Below are positions 52,495 to 64,000 of a stretch of 64,000 bases of DNA, in pieces. The notes below the pieces were generated by a model that saw only the letters and a program-made list of their open reading frames with translations, was not told the DNA's origin and did not search any database. Position 1 is the first letter of the stretch; every line of letters starts with the position of its first letter. The stretch comes from Eledone cirrhosa (Eukaryota), in assembly GCA_964016885.1 (NCBI GenBank), contig OZ024756.1, positions 17,360,001-17,424,000 of the forward strand, written 5' to 3'. The position numbers and the translations under genes are program-made.

Positions 52495-53935
52495 CTGTTC
52501 CTTCATATATACACACATATACATACATACATATATATATATATATACACACATATACATATATAACAAAGCAAACAACACAGTACAATGAAGAAATATA
52601 TGGGATATAAATTCCAGCTATCAGCATCCAGTTTTTGTATTGTATGTTGGATGTACAAGTAGAAAAGTATGAAGCAAATTACCTGTTTGGTTATGCTCAA
52701 AGTAATCAACTGAATTGTTACCACAATACCTGGTTAATATTGGTTGAGTTACCGACTAAGATAAATCAACCCAATATGGGTAATCCATGCAGTTTTAACC
52801 CTTTAGCATTTAAACTGGCCATATCTGGCCAGAATTCTCACCTCTTTCTGTTCAAGCTGGTTGCTCATACTTATGTTAAGGTATTGTTCTCAAAATAAAT
52901 ATCAAAATCTCTTAGATTAAATATTATGCGAGGTAAAGCCTTTACCGTTAAAATATAATAGTATATATAGAGTAATGTAAATGATGAAGGGTTATTTCAA
53001 TAGAAATACAAAGCACTGATATTTAACCCTTTAACATTTACATCAGTCTATATTTACTATTATATTTTCACTGCATAGACTTTCTCACATAATATCAAAT
53101 CTATGAGATTTTGATATTTATTTTGAGAACAATACCTTAACATCAGTATGAGCACTGTGACTTGCTCAGACAGAACAGTATTTTGGCTGCGATGTTTACA
53201 GCTGGAGGGCCTTTCTACACCAACCACTTTTACAGTGTGGGACTGGATGGCACAGGTATGAGGAGAGTCAGGCCAGTTGGCTGTGCTGTAACCTGCTCAC
53301 ATCGGAACCATGAATTTGGAGCTGGGCAGTCCCATTATGTGGAAGGTCAGTTGAGTTGGCTACACCAAGCCTTGCTCAGAGTGGGGCCATGTTACTGGTG
53401 GTCTTATGGCTGTGTCGTACCTGGGTGGCACCGTTGTGAGACAAGTCTGGACAATTGGCCACGTCATATGTATATCATCATCATCATTTCATTTAATTTC
53501 ACGTCCGCTTTTCCCTGCTTGCAAGGGTGGGACGGGAACTGATCCTGGCTTGATTTCTACAGCTGGATGCCCTTCCTAACACCAACCCCATTTACAGTGA
53601 GTGCTGGGTGCTTTTTTGCCGTGGCACCTCCACGACCACTTTGCAGTGGAATGATATGGACTCCAGTCCTATCATCTCATTTCTACAGCTGAGTAAACTG
53701 GAGCAATGTGAAATAAAGTGCCTTGCTCAAGGAAACAACACATCACCCGGTCTGAGAATTGAACTCACAACCTTTCGATTGCAAGGTCAATGCTCTAACC
53801 ACTAAGCCATATATATAAAAAATGAAATGGTAAAGATCCTCTTCAGTCATGAATGACAATGGGATTTTCACGTAGAAATTTCCCCTCCGAGGCACAAGTC
53901 TGGGCAAGGTTGTTTGTAGAAGATCGGCAGTCACC

Positions 53936-53980
<45 letters not shown>

Positions 53981-54130
53981 ATAATAAATGTGAAGGCTAA
54001 AATCCAAAGAGAGCTCGATAAGGATAAATATATATCAAATATATAAGAACCCTAGAGCAAATATTTATTAAAATAACAGATTAAAGTTTAAGCAAAGACT
54101 CGCGGCTTTCACCCTTAATGGGATCTTCTG

Positions 54131-54170
<40 letters not shown>

Positions 54171-54280
54171 GTTTGAATATGTATAATAAAGCCAAAACAA
54201 TGCAGGTATGAACATAGAAAAAAGAATGCAATTGCAAAAGATATTGTTGACAATTCGTCTTTTACCTTAGATTTATTTAA

Positions 54281-54324
54281 ATGTCCTTAATTTTCGAGAT
54301 AATATCTCTTCTTCAGAGGGAAAT
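54281..54324 (-). ncRNA. Degenerate minimal hammerhead ribozyme motif
   Basis: Minus strand TTTCCCT-CTGAAGA-A-GAGATATTATCTC-GAAA-AT-TA-AGGAC. Cores and stem II intact; stem I only ~3 bp. Lies in a segment flanked by (TA)n. Confidence 0.45.
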
Positions 54325-54795
54325 AAAGGTCTCAAACCAACGTTTATACTTCATTACACAATGCTTCAAGTGAACTATAACCTCCTCCCCTATATATATA
54401 TATATGTATGTATACACACACATCCTATTCTAACAAGTTATATGATACATACGACTTAATATTCAGTCACCAAATTCGAGCTAGATACAGTAATGCTCTA
54501 TTTGATTCTTTGAAGTTACATGTTATAATTTCATTCAACACCACCACCAGCTCTCTCTTCCATTTTCCTTCTCTGTCTACTTCGCTCTCTTTCAACCACT
54601 ACCTCTTTCTTGATTTATGAAGGTACGTGGAAAAACCCTGTATCTCAGGAACCCGTGCTCTGATTTACATGAAACTTGTTTTATTCCATTTGCATTCCCA
54701 TTCCAGGTTCAACTTCCTTTCAAAGTATTTTCCCATTATGCACCGTTTTGGCTGTATTAAATTACAGACAAGCACACAATCACAGAGTTTTAGTA

Positions 54796-54831
<36 letters not shown>

Positions 54832-57800
54832 TGATAAATTAACGGAGCCATAGACTCTTGCCATTGCCTGTCATGTGTGTCTACTTTGCCTTCCATGGGC
54901 TATAGATTCCATACACTGGTGGTTTTTCCCTGTTTGACTGATGGCGCATTATCTCTCTCTCTGGTGTGTTATCTTCTCTACATATTGTATTGTATTATAT
55001 CTATATATATATATATATATATATAGTCCATGAAATACTTTCACTTCCTGTTGATATTATCTATAACACAATGTCTTTGATTTCCAAGAGAAATGAGAAC
55101 AGCTGAGAAGCATCAGAAAATATTATTGAGGTTGACCACAAAATGGAACTGAAACTAATACACTTCACCAATAACTTACCTTGGTTTAACACAGACGTTC
55201 TCAAACTTTTTGGCACCCCTCCCTCACGCCCATGTAATACCCTCAGCACCCCCAACCCTATTTCCAGAGAGACCTGCCTACACGCAAATTGTAAATGGTA
55301 TATAATAAATAAAACCATTAATATAATAAATAATTGTTTTACTTATGGCACAAAGCCAGCAATCATCCCAGTGCATTACTGGTACTTTATTTTGTCAACT
55401 GCGTAAGAATGAAAGGCAAAGTTAACCTCGACGGGATTTGAACTCAGATCGTAATGGGACGTACTCTATGCTGCAAAGCATGGCGTCCGACCCTCTACCA
55501 ATACTGCCAATCCACCGCCCTTTTAAATAATATAATATATACTATGTACAAATAAATATTACATATTTTTTTAAATTTTACTATATATATATATGTATCA
55601 TTTGATATTTAATATACTATTATATCATCTCTACCGCTCCCCTTGGACCTTCTCCCAGGGGGCGGTAGCACCCATTTTGAGAACCTTTGGTTTAACAGAA
55701 CAGGCAAGGGTTAATCCAAACCTAGATTTCACTTGAATGTCTTGCAACTTACGATGCCCGTGCTTATCTCAAGTGAAATAGCCATGACAACAACTAATTA
55801 AAGTACACTCACCCAACAGCTTTTACAAGGTTTGTCTCACAACCATTAGAATGGCCTTTGTAAAGGACTCTCAGAGGAGTCTATATGTCGACCCGCTAGG
55901 AATAGCAGCCAAATTCTCAAATTACACACTGACTTAAAAAAAAGAAAGAACGCATTGGATAATGCAGTCCTAGATGTCTGAAAAAGACAAAAGAAAAGAA
56001 AAACAAAAAGAAAAAAACTTAATTATTCATCAGTGTGAGAGACTCAACAAATACACAATCATCAACACAAGGCATCAGCTACAGAGGAGATAATAAACAG
56101 ACCATTACTACATTTAGATCCAAATGTTTCCATTAGAATACTGCAATCAAATAAAATGACAAAAATAATGCATATCTCAGGTAAACTGTAAAAAATGATA
56201 TTTCATTTCTAGGATAAAATTACATAAAAATAATGATTTCTACTTTAGGCACAATTAGGGGGGAAGGAAAGTCAATTAAATCGACGGCAGTGTATTACTG
56301 GTACTTTATTTTACCGACTGTAAGAATGAAAGGCAAAGCTAATCTCAGCAATTTTGGGAGAGGGGAAGTCGATTAAATCAACACCAGTGCATTACTGGTA
56401 CTTTATTTTATTGATCCCATATGGATGAAAGGCAAAGCTAACCCCAGCAAGATTTGAACTCAGATCGTAAAGGGGTGTAACTATGCTGCGAAATATGGCG
56501 TCCGGCACTCTTCCAATACTGCCTATCCACCACCACCCTAATTACATAAAACTAAAGAATTTAATGTTTACTCAAACATACAGAAAAAGTAACATTGTGA
56601 AAGACTATAAATGGGAGTAAGAGGGGGGGGAAAGGATTATTAACCTTAAGAAGGCTGAATTGTTTTATGAATTGCTTCCCTTGTCACTGTATTATGTATT
56701 AAGGGGAGATTACTCTATTGGCGACTTATGTCGCTGTCAGCGCCAAGAAGGTTGAGCAATGGAAGAAAGAGGAAGGAGAATGACAAACTACACTTATGTC
56801 AATGTGGTGTTTTGGCTGCGCCCCGTAGACAAAATAACAAAGGCATTGTCATGGACAATGGTCAGCGATATCCACTGCACCAGCCACCCCATCTCACGGC
56901 GCTGCTTCCTCAGATTTATAAGGAGGAGGTTAGCTGTACGAGGTCCAAGGACACTTGAGGTCTCGATGGCGGCTGGTGCAAAGAGAAAGCAGCTGGACAA
57001 GCCCAGGTATTTCCTTATCTTTATGTCCTTGCATTGCAGACCATGGTTCTGGGGTTTGTGGCCGAAATGACTAGGCTGAAGATGGAGAACGTGTCAACAA
57101 TAGCAGCTAAATCTACCCAAAATTACAACCAGCTGGCAATTTAAAAAAAGTGTAATGCAAGTGTAATGCAATATGTCTGTAAATGAAAAGTCGCAATTGT
57201 CATGGTTGAAATGCTTTGAAGAGATGCCTGCTCAATTAGGACCAGCTTGTGGCTTACACACAAACACTCGCAGATTTGCCAACCTCTAAAAACCCAAGTG
57301 TAAGGTGTCCCCAATTGCAAATGGTCACCTACACTGACCACACATTTATGATATGCATGGTCGAACTAGACAGGGGCCTTGTTACGGGAAACTTAATGCA
57401 GAGTCAGACGAGGAGAGCTTTCAGGTTGCGATGGGGGCAGGGTATGATTTAAACGTGCCTAATGCAAGGGAGGTAATCCGTGCAGTCATAAAGCAATATA
57501 GAACTATTTAGCTCTCGATGTCATGTCAATGAAAATCAGTAATATCTATTTGCTAAAGTATCAACTTCTCTGATCCAAAACCCTCTTCATTATTATCATC
57601 GGATTGGCAGTATCGGTAGAGGGTCGGACGCTATGCTTTGACGCATAGAGTTACGGCCCTTGCCATTCTGAGTTCGAATCCCGCCGAGGTTAACTTTGCC
57701 TTTCATCCTTACGGGGGTCGATAAAATAAAGTACCAGTAATGCACTGGGTATTTGCTGGCCTTGTGCCAAAAAGTAGAAACAATTATTATCATCAACAAA

Positions 57801-58224
57801 CATTTACATCCGTTTTTTCAACACAGGCTCCCCCCTCCCCTGACTCATTGCATTCCTCTGCTTAGGTCTTCCTATAATGCAACTCCCCTCCATTGGGATC
57901 ACTTGGTATTTCTTCACCCAGCGATCATCATTTATACGCATCACAACAATTCTGAACCACTTTATTCTGGGAGTCGTGAGCAACGAGTGATATGTTATGC
58001 CTTCTCAAGGCTTAACCCTTTAGTAGTTACATTACTCTAGATATACTATTGTATTTTTGTGATAAAGGCTTTATCTCACATATCAAATCTATGCGATTTT
58101 GATGTTATTTATTTTGAGAACAATACCATAACATCAGTATGAGCTGTCGGTTACGGCTAGTTTGAACAGAAAGAGGTGAGAGAATTCTGGCCGGATACAG
58201 CCGATTTAAATGCTAAAGGATTAA

Positions 58225-58810
58225 GGGTCAATGCTGCTGGCTATGAGATGCTAGAGAAGGCTGTGAGACCTTGCATAGAGAACGTGAGCAACGGAAGACC
58301 ATACACCAACATATGGAGCGTAATCGAGAGGAAAGTCAACTAAGCCTCCATCATCATCATCATTTTACGTCCACTTTTCCCTGCTTGCAAGGGTGGGACG
58401 CGAACTGATTCTGGCTTGATTTCTACAGCTGGATGCCCTTCCTAACACCAACCTCATTTACAGTGAGTGCTGGGTGCTTTTTTGCCGTGGCACCTCCACG
58501 ACCACTTTGCAGTGGAATGATATGGACCCCAATCTCAATCATCTCATTTCTACAGCTGAGTAAACTGAAACAATGTGAAATAAAGTGTCTTGCCCAAGGA
58601 AACAACACATCACCCGGTCTGAGAATTGAACTCCCAACCTTTCGATTGCAAACCCAATGCTCTGACCACTAAGCCACTATAAAATCTCTGAAGTCTGTTA
58701 TAACTAACACAATGTCCAGAAAAGATAAAGATCATCTGATTCGGAATTGTCAACGTTTCATACTTGGTATTGAAATAGTCACTGAAGTGACTGGCGGATT
58801 TATTGTGTCA
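58225..58810 (+). mobile_element. Tc1/mariner (maT/DD37D-like) transposase C-terminal remnant split by a SINE
   Basis: NAAGYEMLEKAVRPCIENVSNGRPY..IWSVIERKVN* (58230-58345) and TIKSLKSVITNTMSRKDKDHLIRNCQRFILGIEIVTEVTGGFI (58678-58805). Confidence 0.7.
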
Positions 58811-59117
58811 AGGAGATTCTCAAGATTATTGATGCTACGACAAAATGCACTCAATTGACACAGTAAAGTGGTCGTGTTGGTGACACGACAAAAAGCACCC
58901 AGTACTCACTGAGGTTGGCATTAGAAAGGGCATCCAATTGTAGAAACCAAGCCAAAATCAGTTTTGTATGTGCAAAACATGGTCACCTGACCTAGCATTG
59001 CCCACTACAGGACAACTCATCTAACCCATGCTAGAGTGGAAAAATTGACATAAAATGGTGATGATGAACTAAGCAATCCTATCTATCTATCTATGTGTGT
59101 ATATATATATATATATA

Positions 59118-59686
59118 CTAGCAGAATGGCCCGGCGTTGCTCGGGATTTGCTCTAGGGTTCTTATATATTTGATATATATTTATCCTTATCGAGCCTCAT
59201 GAAATAAATACATTTATATCTTGTTATTGTGTAATGCAAAAATATCTGTACACGAATATATAATTATATATTAAAATAACAGATTAAAGTTTAAGCAAAG
59301 AATCGCTGCTTTCACCTTTAACGGGATCTTCTGAAACTAAAAAAAAAAAAAATCAATCTGAACGCAGAAAAATTTTGAAAAACGTTACACACTATATATA
59401 CACACACACACACACAGCGTCATAATGCAGACAGCCAGACAGATATTACAAGGGCACAATGTTATATCTATGTATCTATCTAAAAAGAGAAAGACTAAGA
59501 ATTATAGAGAGAGAGCGCTAAATCGCCTAATGTGGTCCCTAGGGCATTGAAAATTTGAAATATTTTTGCTCAAAACACCCACAGGAACATAAGTATTACA
59601 TGTGTAAAGTTTGAAAACAATCGGTTGGGTGGTTCTCGAGTTTTAATGAGCTGACAGACAGACATTCTCTGTTTTAGATAAATATA
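59118..59686 (-). mobile_element. Non-autonomous Helitron (same family as 1398-2037)
   Basis: CTAG plus hairpin end at 59118; colinear with the reverse complement of 1398-2037. Duplicate at 62161-~62735; rearranged fragment at ~54010-54135. Confidence 0.85.
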
Positions 59687-59757
59687 TATATATACACATA
59701 TATATATATATATATACACATATATATATATATATATACACATATATATATATACAC

Positions 59758-59852
<95 letters not shown>

Positions 59853-59873
59853 TATATATACATATATATATAT

Positions 59874-59944
<71 letters not shown>

Positions 59945-60055
59945 TATATATATATATACACATATATATATATATACACATATATATATATATACACATA
60001 TATATATATATATATACACATATATATATATATATATATACACATATATATATAT

Positions 60056-60094
<39 letters not shown>

Positions 60095-60269
60095 AGTTCA
60101 TCTAGCCTTAACTTTGAGGTCGCTAACTACTAGGTTATGTTGGGAGGTGCATTCTTCACCAGGGAGGGACTGTGTGTTTATAACTGTCTCATCTTCTGGT
60201 GAGGATAAAGTTTATCTGGCTGGCATGCTCACCTGATCTATAGGTAATCAAGTGGTTGTTTGGTTTTTG

Positions 60270-60805
60270 AAGTGTGCATTACAGATAGTTAGGTCATTGG
60301 CATCGCAGAATTTCAGAAGCCTTCCTCATTTCTAGCACCGAATCCCTTTGAAGTCATCGCAGAATTGCCCAACATGCCCATTAAAGTTGCCGGCAATGAT
60401 TATGAAGTCCCTGTCACTTATTTGGGAGGTTGTGTGCATTAGTGATTCATAGAACCTGTCTTTTAGTTTGTCTGACAGTCCCAATTGGGGTGCATATGCA
60501 GATATAATTGTTACAATTCTTCTATTTAGTCAAAGTTTTATGATTCTATCATTCACTCTATTGACTGCAGTTACCTTGTCTACCCACTTCTCTGCTACCA
60601 TAATCTCTACTACCCCGAGCCCATTGTCATTTCCCACCCAGGAAAATTTGTAGCAATGTTTTTTTTTTGCTTACAAGGAATCTAGCTGATATTGCTCTCC
60701 ATCTTGTCTCTTGCACACAGCATACATCAATTTACTTTCGTTTAAGCATCTCTACAATTTCTCCTGATCTTCCTTTCATTGTGCCGACGTTGATGGTGCC
60801 AGTTA
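60270..60805 (-). mobile_element. RTE-clade AP-endonuclease fragment (duplicate at ~63405-63940)
   Basis: GTINVGTMKGRSGEIVEMLKRK*IDVCCVQETRW...IISAYAPQLG...IAGNFNGHVG...LLKFCDANDLTICN. Confidence 0.88.
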
Positions 60806-61355
60806 TGAACTCCACCAGAAGAGTGAAAGGAAGATGGGAAGATGAATTTGTGGTGGTTTTCCATGTCTAAAATAAAGAAGAGTATTCGTATGCTCATCCT
60901 TAAGAAGCTTTCAGCTTTGTACTCCATTTCCCATACAGAACAACAGCCAGGCTCTAGTAGTCACGGTATATATTTAGCTAACAGTTATAAGATGCTTGCA
61001 CACACAGTTGTGTTTTGATTGGGGTAGGTGACTATGGTGGTGCCAGGTATGGGAGAATGGGGGAAAATGGGGACGACGCCAATAGGAGAGGAAAGTACAA
61101 GGGTGGTTTGTAACGATGAAGTGGAAGATGGAGGGAGCAAGAAAGGGACGAGAAAAATATGGAGGTAGCATGTTATGAAATTGTAGTGTAGAGGAGAAAT
61201 TGTGATTTTAGCTGGAAGAAGAGAGTTTGTCATATATCAAATGGAAGATTGATGAATGAAGTAGACATCTGTAGCCATCAGCTTCTTTACAGTTAGGTGG
61301 GATAAACAGGAGAAAATACAAGACTGACATGTTACAATATACATATATGTATGCA

Positions 61356-61386
<31 letters not shown>

Positions 61387-62740
61387 GTATCATCATCATC
61401 ATCATTTCATTTTACGTCCGCTTTTCCCTGCTTGCAAGGGTGGGATGGGAACTGATTCTGGCTTCATTTCTACAGCTGGATGCCCTTCCTAACACCAACC
61501 TCATTTACAGTGAGTGCTGGGTGCTTTTTTGCCGTGGCACCTCCACGACCACTTTGCAGTGGAATGATATGGACCCCAATCTCAATCATCTCATTTCTAC
61601 AGCTGAGTAAACTGAAACAATGTGAAATAAAGTGTCTTGCCCAAGGAAACAACACATCACCCGGTCTGAGAATTGAACTCCCAACCTTTCGATTGCAAGC
61701 CCAATGCTCTGACCACTAAGCCACTATAAAATCTCTGAAGTCTGTTATAACTAACACAATGTCCAGAAAAGATAAAGATCATCTGATTCGGAATTGTCAA
61801 CGTTTCATACTTGGTATTGAAATAGTCACTGAAGTGACTGGCGGATTTATTGTGTCAAGGAGATTCTCAAGATTATTGATGCTACGACAAAATGCACTCA
61901 ATTGACACAGTAAAGTGGTCGTGTTGGTGACACGACAAAAAGCACCCAGTACTCACTGAGGTTGGCATTAGAAAGGGCATCCAATTGTAGAAACCAAGCC
62001 CAAATCAGTTTTGTATGTGCAAAACATGGTCACCTGACCTAGCATTGCCCACTACAGGACAACTCATCTAACCCATGCTAGAGTGGAAAAATTGACATAA
62101 AATGGTGATGATGAACTAAGCAATCCTATCTATCTATCTATGTGTGTATATATATATATACTAGCAGAATGGCCCGGCGTTGCTCGGGATTTGCTCTAGG
62201 GTTCTTATATATTTGATATATATTTATCCTTATCGAGCCTCATGAAATAAATACATTTATATCTTGTTATTGTGTAATGCAAAAATATCTGTACACGAAT
62301 ATATAATTATATATTAAAATAACAGATTAAAGTTTAAGCAAAGAATCGCTGCTTTCACCTTTAACGGGATCTTCTGAAACTAAAAAAAAAAAAAATCAAT
62401 CTGAACGCAGAAAAATTTTGAAAAACGTTACACACTATATACACACACACACACACACACACAGCGTCATAATGCAGACAGCCAGACAGATATTACAAGG
62501 GCACAATGTTATATCTATGTATCTATCTAAAAAGAGAAAGACTAAGAATTATAGAGAGAGATCGCTAAATCGCCTAATGTGGTCCCTAGGGCATTGAAAA
62601 TTTGAAATATTTTTGCTCAAAACACCCACAGGAACATAAGTATTACATGTGTAAAGTTTGAAAACAATCGGTTGGGTGGTTCTCGAGTTTTAATGAGCTG
62701 ACAGACAGACATTCTCTGTTTTAGATAAATATATATATAT

Positions 62741-62881
<141 letters not shown>

Positions 62882-62954
62882 TATATATATATATACACAT
62901 ATATATATATACACATATATATACACATATATATATATACACATATATATATAT

Positions 62955-63049
<95 letters not shown>

Positions 63050-63190
63050 TATATATATATATATACACATATATATATATATACACATATATATATATAT
63101 ATATATACACATATATATATATATATACACATATATATATATATATATATATACACATATCTATATATATATATACACATATATATATAT

Positions 63191-63229
<39 letters not shown>

Positions 63230-64000
63230 AGTTCATCTAGCCTTAACTTTGAGGTCGCTAACTACTAGGTTATGTTGGGAGGTGCATTCTTCACCAGGGA
63301 GGGACTGTGTGTTTATAACTGTCTCATCTTCTGGTGAGGATAAAGTTTATCTGGCTGGCATGCTCACCTGATCTATAGGTAATCAAGTGGTTGTTTGGTT
63401 TTTGAAGTGTGCATTACAGATAGTTAGGTCATTGGCATCGCAGAATTTCAGAAGCCTTCCTCATTTCTAGCACCGAATCCCTTTGAAGTCATCGCAGAAT
63501 TGCCCAACATGCCCATTAAAGTTGCCGGCAATGATTATGAAGTCCCTGTCACTTATTTGGGAGGTTGTGTGCATTAGTGATTCATAGAACCTGTCTTTTA
63601 GTTTGTCTGACAGTCCCAATTGGGGTGCATATGCAGATATAATTGTTACAATTCTTCTATTTAGTCAAAGTTTTATGATTCTATCATTCACTCTATTGAC
63701 TGCAGTTACCTTGTCTACCCACTTCTCTGCTACCATAATCTCTACTACCCCGAGCCCATTGTCATTTCCCACCCAGGAAAATTTGTAGCAATGTTTTTTT
63801 TTTGCTTACAAGGAATCTAGCTGATATTGCTCTCCATCTTGTCTCTTGCACACAGCATACATCAATTTACTTTCGTTTAAGCATCTCTACAATTTCTCCT
63901 GATCTTCCTTTCATTGTGCCGACGTTGATGGTGCCAGTTATGAACTCCACCAGAAGAGTGAAAGGAAGATGGGAAGATGAATTTGTGGTGGTTTTCCATG

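Noticed and set aside
56690-57100. 103-aa ORF or zinc-knuckle-like YEVQGHLRSRW
   Set aside because: Too degenerate to assign. Possibly a LINE ORF1 remnant given the nearby APE fragment, but not supportable as a gene.
52172-61724. tRNA genes at the A/B-box-containing heads
   Set aside because: The heads continue into SINE cores and tails, are multicopy and do not form complete cloverleafs.

Overview
Eukaryotic, AT-rich, extremely repeat-dense animal DNA; the SINE families and microsatellite load are most consistent with an octopod cephalopod (inference). I can support one host gene: a 3-exon CFAP68/C11orf1 (UPF0686)-like ciliary microtubule-inner-protein gene on + (29730-29957, 32461-32542, 32983-33143; 156 aa). 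It has a compact CRE/X-box/MYB/Forkhead promoter cluster and a triplicated splice acceptor whose two extra copies each lead into an in-frame TGA. The rest is micro/minisatellite (including a ~9.9 kb 18-bp-unit array) and decayed transposons: RTE, Tx1/L1, CRE, R4/Dong, HERO-like and Ingi-like LINE fragments, two tRNA-derived SINE families, Helitrons, hAT, piggyBac-, Tigger- and Tc1/maT-like DNA elements. Main observations: a well-formed minimal hammerhead ribozyme motif (12229-12289, -) and a degenerate second one (54281-54324, -), a same-strand CRE-RT/Tx1-endonuclease junction, a head-to-tail Helitron dimer with an empty-site control in the window, a ~104-nt near-perfect hairpin, and a SINE-bounded ~3.1 kb tandem duplication. 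Almost all long ORFs in the supplied track are repeat artefacts. Family assignments come from recalled motifs, not database searches. I found no convincing new multi-gene system.
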